Shown here piece by piece: positions 37,371-46,776 of a stretch of 64,000 nucleotides of DNA; within the stretch, counting starts at the first letter, position 1, and every line of letters starts with the position of its first letter. Origin of the DNA: Myxococcales bacterium (GTDB taxonomy: Bacteria > Myxococcota_A > Polyangia > Polyangiales > Ga0077539); NCBI GenBank assembly GCA_030652255.1, contig JAUSAZ010000112.1, forward strand, positions 69,907 to 133,906, given 5' to 3'. Position numbers and translations under genes: made by a program. The notes under the pieces were generated by a model. It searched no databases. It was not told where the DNA came from and saw only the letters and a program-made list of their open reading frames with translations.

Positions 37371-38990
37371 TCAGCGACCGCAGCGCGACACGACCTGCTG
37401 ACGGTAGAACCCGAGCTCGTCGCGCCAGTACTCACCGTTGAAGGGCCAGAGGTTGTGCTCCTCGTCCGCGGTGACGCGGTTGGCCCGGGCGACGTCGACG
37501 CTCACCTGCTGCTGCTGCATCTCCTGCGAGAGCTGGCCGCGGCGGGCGTTGAGGATCTCGATGAGGATGGCGGTCGCCTGGTTCTGGAGGTCGCCGAGCT
37601 CTTCCACCGCGCGGGTGTAGCGGCCGCGGGCGAGGGTGCCGGCGTTCTCGATGGCGAAGCTCTTCGCGACCGAGATGTCCTGGATGATGCGCGCGCCGAC
37701 GGAGCTGTTGCGGAAGGCCGCGGGCATGCCGTTGTGGCGCCGCTCCTCGGTCTCGAGCTGCGCGACGTACTCCAGGTTGCGGAGCAGCGTGCGGTCGCCG
37801 AAGGCCGTCTCCACCACCGGGCGCAGCCGGTTGGGCAGGTTGGCGTGGCCCTCACGCACGTTCTTCAGGAACTGGAAGAAGCTCGGGTCGTCCTGGTACT
37901 GCTGCAGGTAGCGCTCGATCTCCGGGCGCAGGTCGCCGAAGCGCTCGTTGAACTGCGCGACCACCTCCTCGGCCTCGTCGTAGCGGCAGTTGGAGAAGAG
38001 GATCACGCTCTTCAGCACCATCGCCTCGGGGTACCAGCCGTTGGCGAAGTACGGCGAGAACAGCGTGTGGATGTTGCCGAGCGCGCGGGGGTAGTCCTGC
38101 TGGAGGAAGTACGCCCAGCTCTCCTCGAAGAGCGCGTCGAGCCAGTACTCGGAGTCGACGTCCACGTGGTTCCACGACTCGACCGCCGACTCGTAGTGGC
38201 GCGTGGAGTAGTAGAGCCGCGCGAGCTCGAGGTGCGCGAGGTCGGCCATGCGGTCCTCGTCCTCGACGCCCTCGACGCCCTCCTCGAGCGCGTGGAGCAC
38301 CTCGTTGAAGGCCTCGACGCCGGGCTGCGAACGCCGCGCGTTGACGTGCGAGATGCCCTCGAAGAACTTCGCCTGCACGTAGTACGGCGACTGGCGCTGC
38401 ACCTGGCGGAAGAGCGCGATGGCCTCGTCGTAGGCGCCGTCGCGGTACTTGCTGCGGCCCATCAAATACAGGAGCTGGTTGTAGAGCCCGCGGCTCTCGT
38501 TGTTGTTGAACTGCTGGAGCGCGGTGGTGGGGTAGCGGCCCACGCGGCGCACGATGTCCGCGGGCTCGGGGAGCTGCGACGCGAGCTGCGCCAGCCACTG
38601 GAGCGTGGCGTTGAAGTAGAGGTGCGGCGTGCCGCGCTCGACGATCTCGTCGAAGACCGCGAGGGCCGACTGGTAGAAGCCCAGGTGGTAGAGGCTCTTG
38701 CCGAGGTGGAACTGCGCCTTCTGCTGGTTGGCGGGCGCGTCTTGCGTCTCGCCCTCCACCACGCGCTGGAACTGCACCGACGCCTCCTGGTAGCGCTCCT
38801 GCTGGTAGAGCCGCAGCGCGTTGGCGAGCGCCTCGCTCGGCGGGCCCTCCGCGGGCGGAGCGTCCGCGCTGCCCTGGGTGAGATCCATGTCGGGGCGCGC
38901 GGGCTGAGCCCACGCCGAGCCGGCCATGCAAAGGACCATCGCGGTCGTCCCTGCACCCGCGAGCCACTTCGAGATTCGCCTCCGCACCAT
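37371..38990 (-). CDS. periplasmic TPR-repeat protein (539 aa), possible GltC/NfsC-like
   Basis: The ATG at 38990 gives MVRRRISKWLAGAGTTAMVLCMAGSAWAQ (signal peptide). TPR-like repeats follow. A 50-nt gap separates it from the downstream GltD-like gene. Confidence 0.8.
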   Translation of the reverse strand: MVRRRISKWLAGAGTTAMVLCMAGSAWAQPARPDMDLTQGSADAPPAEGPPSEALANALRLYQQERYQEASVQFQRVVEGETQDAPANQQKAQFHLGKSLYHLGFYQSALAVFDEIVERGTPHLYFNATLQWLAQLASQLPEPADIVRRVGRYPTTALQQFNNNESRGLYNQLLYLMGRSKYRDGAYDEAIALFRQVQRQSPYYVQAKFFEGISHVNARRSQPGVEAFNEVLHALEEGVEGVEDEDRMADLAHLELARLYYSTRHYESAVESWNHVDVDSEYWLDALFEESWAYFLQQDYPRALGNIHTLFSPYFANGWYPEAMVLKSVILFSNCRYDEAEEVVAQFNERFGDLRPEIERYLQQYQDDPSFFQFLKNVREGHANLPNRLRPVVETAFGDRTLLRNLEYVAQLETEERRHNGMPAAFRNSSVGARIIQDISVAKSFAIENAGTLARGRYTRAVEELGDLQNQATAILIEILNARRGQLSQEMQQQQVSVDVARANRVTADEEHNLWPFNGEYWRDELGFYRQQVVSRCGR

Positions 38991-39186
38991 CGCTGCCTCG
39001 CCTCGCTTCACGTCACACGTCATCGCCCGATGGCGTCATCGTCACCGACCGGCGTCGCCGCCGTCGAGGCGCGGACTGTACTCAATCGTTTCTCGCAAGA
39101 GAAGCCGCTTCCAAAACAAGTGCGCGAGCGCGTCGACGGGTGGGGCCGCAGTGACCACCCCGACGCTCGTGCAGGGGTCTTTGCGC

Positions 39187-39216
39187 TTGACGGGATTCTC
39201 CGCGCGACGGTAGCGT
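39187..39216 (+). promoter_or_regulatory. sigma-70-like promoter candidate (TTGACG-18-TAGCGT)
   Basis: Read directly: the -35 is at 39187-39192 and the -10 at 39211-39216, ~40 nt upstream of the GTG at 39258. Confidence 0.25.
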
Positions 39217-39257
39217 TCCACCGCTCGCCGCTGCGGGCGCGAGGAGATCGGTATCCC

Positions 39258-39707
39258 GTGAAGAGACTGGCATCGTTGGTGGGTGTTGTGGCGATCGGCC
39301 TGCTCGGCGCGACCGGCTGCGCGACCGAGGTCGTCGGCGACCCGTGCGCCCCCGGCCGACCGGGCAACGCGCCCTGTTCACCGGGGCGCGACGGCGGCAC
39401 GGCGGGGTGCTTCCTCGGCACGGAGATCTACATCGAGACCCAGTCGTTGGAGTGCCGCTCCCGCATCTGCCTCGTGTACCGCTACCCCGAGGAGACCGAC
39501 CGCACCGGCGCCGAGCGCCCGAAGCACGTGTACTGCACGTGCCGCTGCGGCGTGCCCCCGTCCCTCGCGGCCACCACCGAGTCGTCGGTGCTCTGCACCT
39601 GCCCGGAGAGCTTCTCCTGCGTCTCCATCGCGGGCGAGCAGTACAACGAGGGCGTCCGCGGCTCGTACTGCGTGCGCAGCAGCACCGTCCAGACCGCCGC
39701 CCGCTGA
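39258..39707 (+). CDS. Cys-rich lipoprotein
   Basis: The GTG at 39258 is preceded by GAGGAG. VKRLASLVGVVAIGLLGATGC carries the lipobox. The mature part has 14 Cys. Confidence 0.65.
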   Translation: MKRLASLVGVVAIGLLGATGCATEVVGDPCAPGRPGNAPCSPGRDGGTAGCFLGTEIYIETQSLECRSRICLVYRYPEETDRTGAERPKHVYCTCRCGVPPSLAATTESSVLCTCPESFSCVSIAGEQYNEGVRGSYCVRSSTVQTAAR

Positions 39708-39718
39708 CCGTCCCTCCG

Positions 39719-40081
39719 ATGACGGACTCCGGCAGCACCACCGCGCGTGGTCGCCTCGCCGAGCAGCTCGTCGCCGATCACCTCACCCGCCAGGGCTTCA
39801 TCGTCATCGCGCGCGACCTCCGCGTCGGCCGCGAGGAGGTCGACATCCTCGCGTGGGAGGGCGCCACGCTGGTCGTCGTCGAGGTGCGCTCCCGCCGCGC
39901 CGGCGCGATGGTCGACCCGCTCAGCAGCCTCTCCCGCGCGAAGCAGAAGCGCCTGCGCATCGCCCTCGCGCGCTGCATGGTCGACCGCGGCGCCCGCGAC
40001 GGCCGCATCGACGTGGCCGCGGTGGTCGGCGGCGCCCTCGTGGAGTACCTGCCCAACGCGGTGGATTACACCGAGACGTAA
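39719..40081 (+). CDS. yraN: YraN-family (UPF0102) endonuclease-like protein
   Basis: 120 aa. GRLAEQLVADHLTRQGFIVIARDLRVGREEVDILAWEGATLVVVEVRSR is the characteristic YraN core. Confidence 0.85.
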   Translation: MTDSGSTTARGRLAEQLVADHLTRQGFIVIARDLRVGREEVDILAWEGATLVVVEVRSRRAGAMVDPLSSLSRAKQKRLRIALARCMVDRGARDGRIDVAAVVGGALVEYLPNAVDYTET

Positions 40082-40085
40082 GAGA

Positions 40086-40823
40086 TCAGCGGCAGCGGCC
40101 GTTGACCAGGTTGCAGGTCTGGCCCGAGGGGCAGGGGCTGGTGCCGGTGATGAGGGAGCAGCGGCCGCACTCGCCCGAGGCGCGGTTGCACGCGGTGCCG
40201 CCGGTGCACATCGCCGGGTTGCTCGCGCAGCTGCCGCAGGTGTGCGTCGCGGGGTTGCACTGCAGGGTCGCGCCGCAGACCGAGGGGGCGACGGTGCAGT
40301 CAGGGATGCACACGCCGTCGTTGGGCGCGCGGCCCTCCGGGTCGGGGATGCACACGTAGTTGCCCGAGCGCGCGGCGCCGACCTCGGAGGCACCGTCGCG
40401 GCACGGGGTGATGGCGCCCGCGCGGTACGTGCATCGGCGCACGCACACCGCGCGGCCGAGGAAGGGGAAGTTGACGCACGCGCCGAACTCCCCGCACGGC
40501 GCGTTGGAGGTGCAGTTGAGCGTGGTGGTGTAGCCGCCCGGGAAGGTGGGCGCGGGGGCGCAGCACGCCGAGGCCGCCGCGGTGTTGGCGCACACGTTGG
40601 TGCTGCACGGCGCGCCCACGACCGGGGTCGCGACGGCGGGGCAGGTGGAGGTCGGGCTGTCGGTGGGACAGCAGCGCTCCAGGCGACACTCGAAGCCGCT
40701 CGGGCAGAGGCCGAGCCCGGTGCCGTCGACGGCGCCGCAGCGGATGGCGCCGTCGCGGTCGAGCTCGGGCACGGCGCAGCTCACCAGCAGCGCGGCGGCG
40801 AAGAAGAAGCAGCGCGCGCTCAC
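40086..40823 (-). CDS. Cys-rich lipoprotein
   Basis: The GTG at 40823 overlaps the upstream stop as GTGA. FFFAAALLVSC carries the lipobox. About 30 Cys lie in EGF-like/disulfide-rich spacing. Confidence 0.65.
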   Translation of the reverse strand: MSARCFFFAAALLVSCAVPELDRDGAIRCGAVDGTGLGLCPSGFECRLERCCPTDSPTSTCPAVATPVVGAPCSTNVCANTAAASACCAPAPTFPGGYTTTLNCTSNAPCGEFGACVNFPFLGRAVCVRRCTYRAGAITPCRDGASEVGAARSGNYVCIPDPEGRAPNDGVCIPDCTVAPSVCGATLQCNPATHTCGSCASNPAMCTGGTACNRASGECGRCSLITGTSPCPSGQTCNLVNGRCR

Positions 40824-41611
40824 AGCGCACCCCCGACCGCGAGCCCGAGGCCGAAGGGCGCCACGGCGATGCGCGGCGCGTCGCGCACCTCGACCCGCTC
40901 GCCGGGGCCGCGCAGCGCGAGCCAGAGGGCGCCCGCCGCCGCGAGGCCGAGGCCCACGCCGCCGAACACGTACGCCCGCGTCACGGCCCCCGAGGCGCCC
41001 GCCTGCGCGTCGGCGGCGCTCTGGCTCCACGCCTCGGCGCCGTTGTTGACGTTGTCGAGCGTGCCCACCTGGCCGCTGGCGATGACGCCCTGGATGACCC
41101 CCGCGACGCCGAGCGCGGCGCCCAGCCCGAGGGTGACCCAGGGCCCCACGGTCGACACGGCGCCGCGGCGGTACTCCACGCGAAACCAGCGGGGCTCGAT
41201 GACCGCGCGCTCGACGGTGCGCTCGCGGACGATGATCTCCGGGGTCTGCCCCGCGCGGCGAGCGGCCTCCTCGCGCTCGCGCTGCTGGTCGGCGAGCGGG
41301 CGCAGCTGCGCCAGCATCTGCTCGAGCGCCGCGCGGTCGAAGCCCGGCGCGCCGGCGCTGGCGAAGTCCTGGAGCGAGCGCATCGCGCCGGCGTAGTCGC
41401 CCTGGCGCTCGAGCGCGCGCGAGAGGTTGAAGAGCAGCTCGGGGCGGTGCGAGATCGCGTGCGCCTCGCGGAAGGCCCGCGCGGCCTCGTCGAAGCGCCG
41501 CGCCGCGAAGGCGCGGTTGCCGTTGTTGAAATAGGTCTCCGCGAGGTTGTCCTGCGCGGCCGCCGCCCCCGTCGCGAGCAGCGCCGCGAGCGCGACCGCG
41601 GCGGGCCTCAC
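40820..41611 (-). CDS. secreted/membrane protein with a TPR-like N-terminus and C-terminal TM segments
   Basis: The GTG at 41611 overlaps the glyQ stop as GTGA. The signal peptide is [18 protein letters not shown]. Two Gly/Ala-rich TM segments are present. Confidence 0.6.
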   Translation of the reverse strand: MRPAAVALAALLATGAAAAQDNLAETYFNNGNRAFAARRFDEAARAFREAHAISHRPELLFNLSRALERQGDYAGAMRSLQDFASAGAPGFDRAALEQMLAQLRPLADQQREREEAARRAGQTPEIIVRERTVERAVIEPRWFRVEYRRGAVSTVGPWVTLGLGAALGVAGVIQGVIASGQVGTLDNVNNGAEAWSQSAADAQAGASGAVTRAYVFGGVGLGLAAAGALWLALRGPGERVEVRDAPRIAVAPFGLGLAVGGAL

Positions 41612-42567
41612 GGCGTCACCGCGCCGGGCGCCCCGCGCAGCAGCGGGAACCCGAGGGCCTCGCGCTGCGCGAGCCACGTCTCGGCGCAGCGGTGGGCGAT
41701 GCCGCGCACGCGCTTGATGTAGTCCTGCCGCGCGGTGACGGAGATGGCGCCGCGGGCGTCGAGCACGTTGAAGTGGTGCGAGGCCTTCACGCAGAAGTCG
41801 TAGGCGGGCAGCGCGAGGCGCTCGAGCGGGGCCTTCGCGTACACCAGCTCGGTGCGCGGGCCCTTCTTCGACTCGACGCGCTGCTCCTCCAGCGAGAGGG
41901 CGCGGCGGCACTCGCGCTCGGCGGCGTCGAACTGCCCGCGGTGGTGCTCCACGTCGGCGTGCGTGAAGTTGTACGTCGACCACTCCCACTCCGCGCGCTT
42001 CGCCACCTCGCCGTAGCGCACGCCGGGCGCCCACATCGCGTCGTAGATGCTCGATACGTCCTGGAGGTACATCACGATGCGCTCGAGGCCGTAGGTGAGC
42101 TCGCCCGACACCGGGCGGCAGTCGAAGCCGCCGCACTGCTGGAAGTACGTGAACTGCGACACCTCCAGGCCGTCGAGCCACACCTGCCAGCCGAGGCCCC
42201 AGGCGCCCAGCGTGGGGGACTCCCAGTCGTCCTCGACGAAGCGCACGTCGTGCTTCAAGGGGTCGGTGCCGAGCGCGCGCAGGGAGGCCAGGTACTGGTC
42301 CTGGATGTCGAGCGGCGAGGGCTTCAGGATCACCTGGAACTGGTGGAACTGCTGCAGCCGGTTGGGGTTGTCGCCGTAGCGCCCGTCCGTGGGGCGGCGC
42401 GAGGGCTCGACGAACGCGACGTTCCAGGGCTCGGGGCCGAGGGCGCGCAGGAAGGTGTTGGGGTTGAACGTCCCAGCGCCCACCTCGCTGTTGTACGGCT
42501 GCACCAGGAGGCAGCCGCGCTTCGTCCAGAAATCCTGCAGGGTCAGGATGAGCTCTTGAAAGTACAT
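41608..42567 (-). CDS. glyQ: glycine--tRNA ligase alpha subunit
   Basis: The ATG at 42567 gives [48 protein letters not shown], which is near-invariant GlyQ sequence. Confidence 0.95.
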   Translation of the reverse strand: MYFQELILTLQDFWTKRGCLLVQPYNSEVGAGTFNPNTFLRALGPEPWNVAFVEPSRRPTDGRYGDNPNRLQQFHQFQVILKPSPLDIQDQYLASLRALGTDPLKHDVRFVEDDWESPTLGAWGLGWQVWLDGLEVSQFTYFQQCGGFDCRPVSGELTYGLERIVMYLQDVSSIYDAMWAPGVRYGEVAKRAEWEWSTYNFTHADVEHHRGQFDAAERECRRALSLEEQRVESKKGPRTELVYAKAPLERLALPAYDFCVKASHHFNVLDARGAISVTARQDYIKRVRGIAHRCAETWLAQREALGFPLLRGAPGAVTP

Positions 42568-42613
42568 TGGGTGCCCTCGGAGGTACCGCAGTCCCCCACC
42601 GGGGATCAATGGA

Positions 42614-43582
42614 TCACCCCCTCGTCTTCTTCGGCGCGGGCTTCTTCGCGCGCTCTTCGCAGGTGGGCATCTTCCGGTTGAGCTCCGGCGCCTGCTTCGC
42701 CCACGCCACCACCGCGTCGACGAAGGCGCGCACCGCCGGCGGCACGAACTCCCGCTCCGGGTACACCACGGCGAGGTGGCTCTCGGCGCCGAGGCGCTCG
42801 GGCAGCACCGCCACCAGGGCGCCGCGCTCCAGGTCGTCGTACACGAGGGGCAGCGGCAGCAGCGCCAGCCCGTTGCCCGCCAGCGCCGAGGCCCGCAGCA
42901 CCGCGAGGTCGTTGGTGGCCATCACCGCCTCCACCCGCACGCGCCCGCCGCGCGCCAGCGGCCAGTGCGTCGCCGGGTGCTCGCCCAGGGCGAAGCCCAC
43001 GAGGCACGCGTGCTTCGTGAGCTCCGCCACGCGCCGCGGCGTGCCCCGGCGGGCCAGGTACGCCGGCGCCCCGACCACCACGAGCCGCGAGCGGGCGAGG
43101 TTGCGCGCGATGAGCCCCGGCGGGAGCTTCTCCCCGGCGCGGATGGCCACGTCGTAGGCGCCCGCGGCGAACTCCACGTGCCGGGTGGTGAGGTCGAGCT
43201 CAAGGCGCACGTCGGGGTAGCGCCCCACGAAGTCCGCGATCATCGCCCCGAACTCCGCCGAGTTGAGCGGCGGCGCGGACACCCGCAGCGCCCCGCGCAC
43301 GGCGTTGTCGCTCCGCCGCACGGACTCCTCGGCGTCGCGCACCGCCGCGATCACCCCGCGGGCCCGCGCGTAGAGGGCCTCCCCGGCGTCCGTCAGCGCC
43401 ATGGTGCGCGTGGTGCGCCGGAGCAGCCGCACGCCGAGCTTCTCCTCCAGCCGCGCGAGCCGCCGGCTCACGGTGGGCCTCGGCACCCCCAGCTCGCGCG
43501 CCGCGCGGGAGATCGAGCGCGCCTCGACGGTGCGCACGAAGGTCATGAACTCGGCGGTCTCGGGCGGATCGTTCATCTGCAT
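42614..43582 (-). CDS. LysR-family transcriptional regulator
   Basis: The N-terminal wHTH is [48 protein letters not shown], followed by a LysR substrate-binding body. The start is ATG 43582 (or 43576). Confidence 0.9.
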   Translation of the reverse strand: MQMNDPPETAEFMTFVRTVEARSISRAARELGVPRPTVSRRLARLEEKLGVRLLRRTTRTMALTDAGEALYARARGVIAAVRDAEESVRRSDNAVRGALRVSAPPLNSAEFGAMIADFVGRYPDVRLELDLTTRHVEFAAGAYDVAIRAGEKLPPGLIARNLARSRLVVVGAPAYLARRGTPRRVAELTKHACLVGFALGEHPATHWPLARGGRVRVEAVMATNDLAVLRASALAGNGLALLPLPLVYDDLERGALVAVLPERLGAESHLAVVYPEREFVPPAVRAFVDAVVAWAKQAPELNRKMPTCEERAKKPAPKKTRG

Positions 43583-43694
43583 CGTTTCATGGCAGATGGT
43601 GCTCGCTCGTGCGCAATGGCGCCAGCCCATCGCCGGGCGGAGATTGCCTCCCGCCGACGCCCCCACACCCCGCGTCGCAGGAGCTGCCCGTCCC

Positions 43695-44111
43695 ATGAAG
43701 AACCGCCACGTGTCCTACTGGATCCCCACCGCCCTCTTCGCCCTCGCGATGACCATGTCGGGCCTCGGCGCCCTCACCCGCCAGGCCCCGATGGTCGCGG
43801 GGTACACGCACCTCGGCTACCCCGTGTACTTCATGACCATCCTCGGGGCGGCCAAGCTCCTGGGCGTCGGGACGCTGCTCGCGCCGGGCCTCCCCCGCCT
43901 CAAGGAGTGGGCCTACGCGGGCTTCACCATCAACCTCGCGAGCGCCGCGCTCTCGCACCTCGCCGCGGGCGACCCGCCCGGCACCGCGCTCGCCCCGGTG
44001 GTGCTCCTCGGCCTCCTGCTGACGTCGTGGTACTTCCGCCCCGGGAGCCGCACGCTCGTGAGCCCCGCCGCTGCGGAGCCCGCGGGACGGCCCATCGTCG
44101 CCACCGCCTGA
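43695..44111 (+). CDS. DoxX-family membrane protein
   Basis: 138 aa with 4 hydrophobic segments (WIPTALFALAMTMSG..., YFMTILGAAKLLGV...). It is divergent from the LysR gene. Confidence 0.75.
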   Translation: MKNRHVSYWIPTALFALAMTMSGLGALTRQAPMVAGYTHLGYPVYFMTILGAAKLLGVGTLLAPGLPRLKEWAYAGFTINLASAALSHLAAGDPPGTALAPVVLLGLLLTSWYFRPGSRTLVSPAAAEPAGRPIVATA

Positions 44112-44124
44112 TCCTCCCTCGCGA

Positions 44125-44712
44125 CTACGATCCGGGCGAGAGCTCGAGCGGCTGGCGGAACGCCGCCACACCGACCTCCGGGCTCGGAAAGACGAGGCCG
44201 CGGATGCGCGAGAGCATGCAGGTTCCAACGGCCGGCGCGGCGTCGAGCCCGGCGGTGGAGGCGCTGGTGACGCGGCCTGATGGGCCGATCGTGAAGGTCA
44301 GGGTGATGGTGCCGGCGAGGGTCGGGGCGTCGCGCAGCTCGCGCTCGTAGCAGCCGCGAAGACCGCCCTGCTGTCCGCGGAGGAGACGCGCGACGCTCTC
44401 GACGGAGATCCCGCCCGTGGCTCCGACCGGCTCGATGGGGCCGAAGTCGACGTCGCCGCGCCGCACGCGTTCGCCCGCCGGGGTGGGCTTCACCTCTCCC
44501 GCCGTGCGCGGAGGGTTCATCACCTCGGCAGGCTGCACGGTCGAGCGCGTGAGCGGCTGCGGCGGCGCGGGCGGCAGCTGCGGCGCAGGCTCCAGGGATC
44601 GGTCGTCGCGCGGCGCCACGCGGCGCTTGCATCCCGGGCCTGCGCCGACCGCGAGCGTGAGGCACACGAGGGCGACGGACAGCGACCGGGGGCTTCGAGG
44701 GCTTCGAGGCAT
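44125..44712 (-). CDS. lipoprotein with an AgmX/PglI-type (TonB-C-like) C-terminal domain
   Basis: The ATG at 44712 gives MPRSPRSPRSLSVALVCLTLAVGAGPGC (lipobox). A P-rich linker follows. The C-terminus is LRGCYERELRDAPTLAGTITLTFTIGPSGRV...GTCMLSRIRGLVFPSP. Confidence 0.7.
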   Translation of the reverse strand: MPRSPRSPRSLSVALVCLTLAVGAGPGCKRRVAPRDDRSLEPAPQLPPAPPQPLTRSTVQPAEVMNPPRTAGEVKPTPAGERVRRGDVDFGPIEPVGATGGISVESVARLLRGQQGGLRGCYERELRDAPTLAGTITLTFTIGPSGRVTSASTAGLDAAPAVGTCMLSRIRGLVFPSPEVGVAAFRQPLELSPGS

Positions 44713-44746
44713 TGGAGTGCTCCCTCGATACGCTATCAACGAGACC

Positions 44747-45415
44747 ATGCCGACTGCACCCATTACCATCCCGCCGCACGTCATCGACGACCCGCTGCGC
44801 CTGCTCACCCAGCGCGCCACGCTCCCCGGCGCCTACGGCTACGACCACTCCGCCCACGCGCTGCGCGTGGCCGCAGCGAAGGGTGTCCCCCTCGCCGACC
44901 GCCTCGCGCTCGCGCTCCACGGGAGCTGGATGGTCAACAGCCGCGCGACCTCCCCGGTGTTCCGCCGGTGGCTCCAGGAGCCCGCGCGGCCGGCATGGAT
45001 CGTCCTCGACGAGCTGCTGCGCGACGGGCCCGATGTGTGGCTCGGGCTCGCCGACGACGAGCGCGCGGTGGCCGCCCAGGCCGTGGCGCTGCTGTGCGGC
45101 CCGGACGTCGGCGTCGCGGCCGTGAGCAAGGTGCTCGCGCTGCTCTACCCGCAGACCCTCTGCCTCATGGACGACCACGCCATCGCGTACCTCGGGCTCG
45201 CCCACGAGTTCGCGCCCGGCGAGGAGAAGGGCACCGCGGGGGCGTCGCTCTTCGTGCCGACGCTCGACGCGTTCGCCGCCGCCGTCGTGGCCAACCGCGA
45301 GGCGCTCACCGCCCTCGCCGCGGCGCACACCGCCGCCGTGCTCGACGCCACGCAGGCGCTCGACCGGGTGCTCTGGGTCGCCTCCTACGGCGAGCGCTTC
45401 TTCCAGAAGAAGTGA
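44747..45415 (+). CDS. hypothetical protein
   Basis: 222 aa from ATG with high GC3 and globular composition. No confident family call. Confidence 0.6.
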   Translation: MPTAPITIPPHVIDDPLRLLTQRATLPGAYGYDHSAHALRVAAAKGVPLADRLALALHGSWMVNSRATSPVFRRWLQEPARPAWIVLDELLRDGPDVWLGLADDERAVAAQAVALLCGPDVGVAAVSKVLALLYPQTLCLMDDHAIAYLGLAHEFAPGEEKGTAGASLFVPTLDAFAAAVVANREALTALAAAHTAAVLDATQALDRVLWVASYGERFFQKK

Positions 45416-45457
45416 GCACCGCGGCCGCGCGGACGAAGCGGTGCGTGGCCCCGCGCG

Positions 45458-45910
45458 ATGGTGCTAACGTCGCAGGCGATGCAACGAGACGAGAAGCCCA
45501 CGGCGGCGCCGCGGTCCGCGCTGGCGGAGAAGCACGGCATCGACCCCTTCACGCTGTTCTGCGCGTACCACCTCGGCATCACGGCCAGCGACGGGTACGA
45601 GTTCCAGAACGTCCACCAGGTGGCGAAGCGCTTCGGGGTCTCCAGCGGGATCATCAAGCAGGTGCTCCAGGACCTGGCGATGGACCCCGACCGCCTGGTC
45701 AACAGCGACTTCGACCTCTCCAGCGCGCAGATCGACGTGCTGGAGGTGCCCGAGGGGGTGTCGCGCACGGAGGTCGCCCGCCCGCACTGGGAGGCCTTCC
45801 GCACCGCCAAGATGAAGACCCGTGACTGGCAGCGCGAGCTCGCCACCGACGCGCGCGAGAACGAGAAGACCTTCGGCCCGCGCCCCCCGCAGCGCCCCGG
45901 CCGCCGGTGA
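45458..45910 (+). CDS. hypothetical protein
   Basis: 150 aa with high GC3. The antisense 153-aa ORF is rejected as shadow sequence. Confidence 0.6.
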   Translation: MVLTSQAMQRDEKPTAAPRSALAEKHGIDPFTLFCAYHLGITASDGYEFQNVHQVAKRFGVSSGIIKQVLQDLAMDPDRLVNSDFDLSSAQIDVLEVPEGVSRTEVARPHWEAFRTAKMKTRDWQRELATDARENEKTFGPRPPQRPGRR

Positions 45911-46776
45911 GCGAGGTGAGCATGGACCCGGCCGCGACCTTACGTGTCCCCGTATGCAGCGACCCGAAATGGCTGCGCTCCGCGGTGCTCGGGATGACCG
46001 CCGGGGTCTCCGGGCTCTTCGTCGCCCTCTTCGCGCGCACCAACGTCTCCGCCGCGCTCGGCGTGCTGCCGGGCATGACCGTCGGGGTCTTCGGCGGCAG
46101 CGCCCTCGCCGCGTGGGCCCGCCGCCGCGGCGGCACCATCTCCCTCGTCGCCACCCCCGGTCGCCTCGACGTCAGCGACGAGGAGCGCCGCGTCGAGGTC
46201 GTCGACCTCACCAGCCCCTACGGCGCGCTGCTGCTCTCCGGCGAGGGCCGCCGCGTGCTCATCCTCTCGCAGCGCAACGACCCCGTGGTGCTCATCGAGT
46301 CCCTCGCCGCGCCCGCCCCCCCTGGCGCCGCCTGGAGCGCGCGCACCCGCGCGGTCGACCTCGACGCCGTCGCCCTGTCCGCGGCCACCTCGCACACCTT
46401 CGCGCTGCTCCCGGGCGACTCGCTCGACCCGCTGCTCGCCCACCTCGAGGCCACCCTCGACCCCGACGCGCCGTGGCTGCTACAGCCCACCGGCACCGGC
46501 AGCCTGGTGCTCTCCCGCGACGGCCTCGCGCTCGCCGACCGCGCGCCCCTGCGCGACCCCATCCACCCCCTCAACTACGGGGTGAAGGTGCAGGGCGGGC
46601 AGGTCGCCGGGCTCGGGCTCGCGTCCACCGCCGACGAGGGCTCGATGCTCCTGCTGGCCTGCGACGAGGCCACCGTGGAGAAGCGCGCGGTGGTCACCGA
46701 CAACCCCATCGACGCGTTCATCCCGATGTCCACCTACGAGGTGCTGCGCGCCCTCTACCGCGCGCCCGCTCAGTAG
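45907..46776 (+). CDS. hypothetical membrane protein
   Basis: The GTG at 45907 overlaps the upstream stop as GTGA (alternative ATG at 45922). There are two N-terminal TM segments. Confidence 0.55.
   Translation: MSEVSMDPAATLRVPVCSDPKWLRSAVLGMTAGVSGLFVALFARTNVSAALGVLPGMTVGVFGGSALAAWARRRGGTISLVATPGRLDVSDEERRVEVVDLTSPYGALLLSGEGRRVLILSQRNDPVVLIESLAAPAPPGAAWSARTRAVDLDAVALSAATSHTFALLPGDSLDPLLAHLEATLDPDAPWLLQPTGTGSLVLSRDGLALADRAPLRDPIHPLNYGVKVQGGQVAGLGLASTADEGSMLLLACDEATVEKRAVVTDNPIDAFIPMSTYEVLRALYRAPAQ

Noticed and set aside
33658-37401. A 1247-aa plus-strand ORF, with similar long antisense ORFs at 29282-31684, 52695-55007, 55638-57260, 266-1909, 9820-11946, 13385-14914, 14904-16589 and 48456-50381.
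   Set aside because: All are antisense or off-frame to genes with clear family motifs. All encode Arg/Gly/Ala/Pro-dominated low-complexity sequence. They are shadow ORFs.
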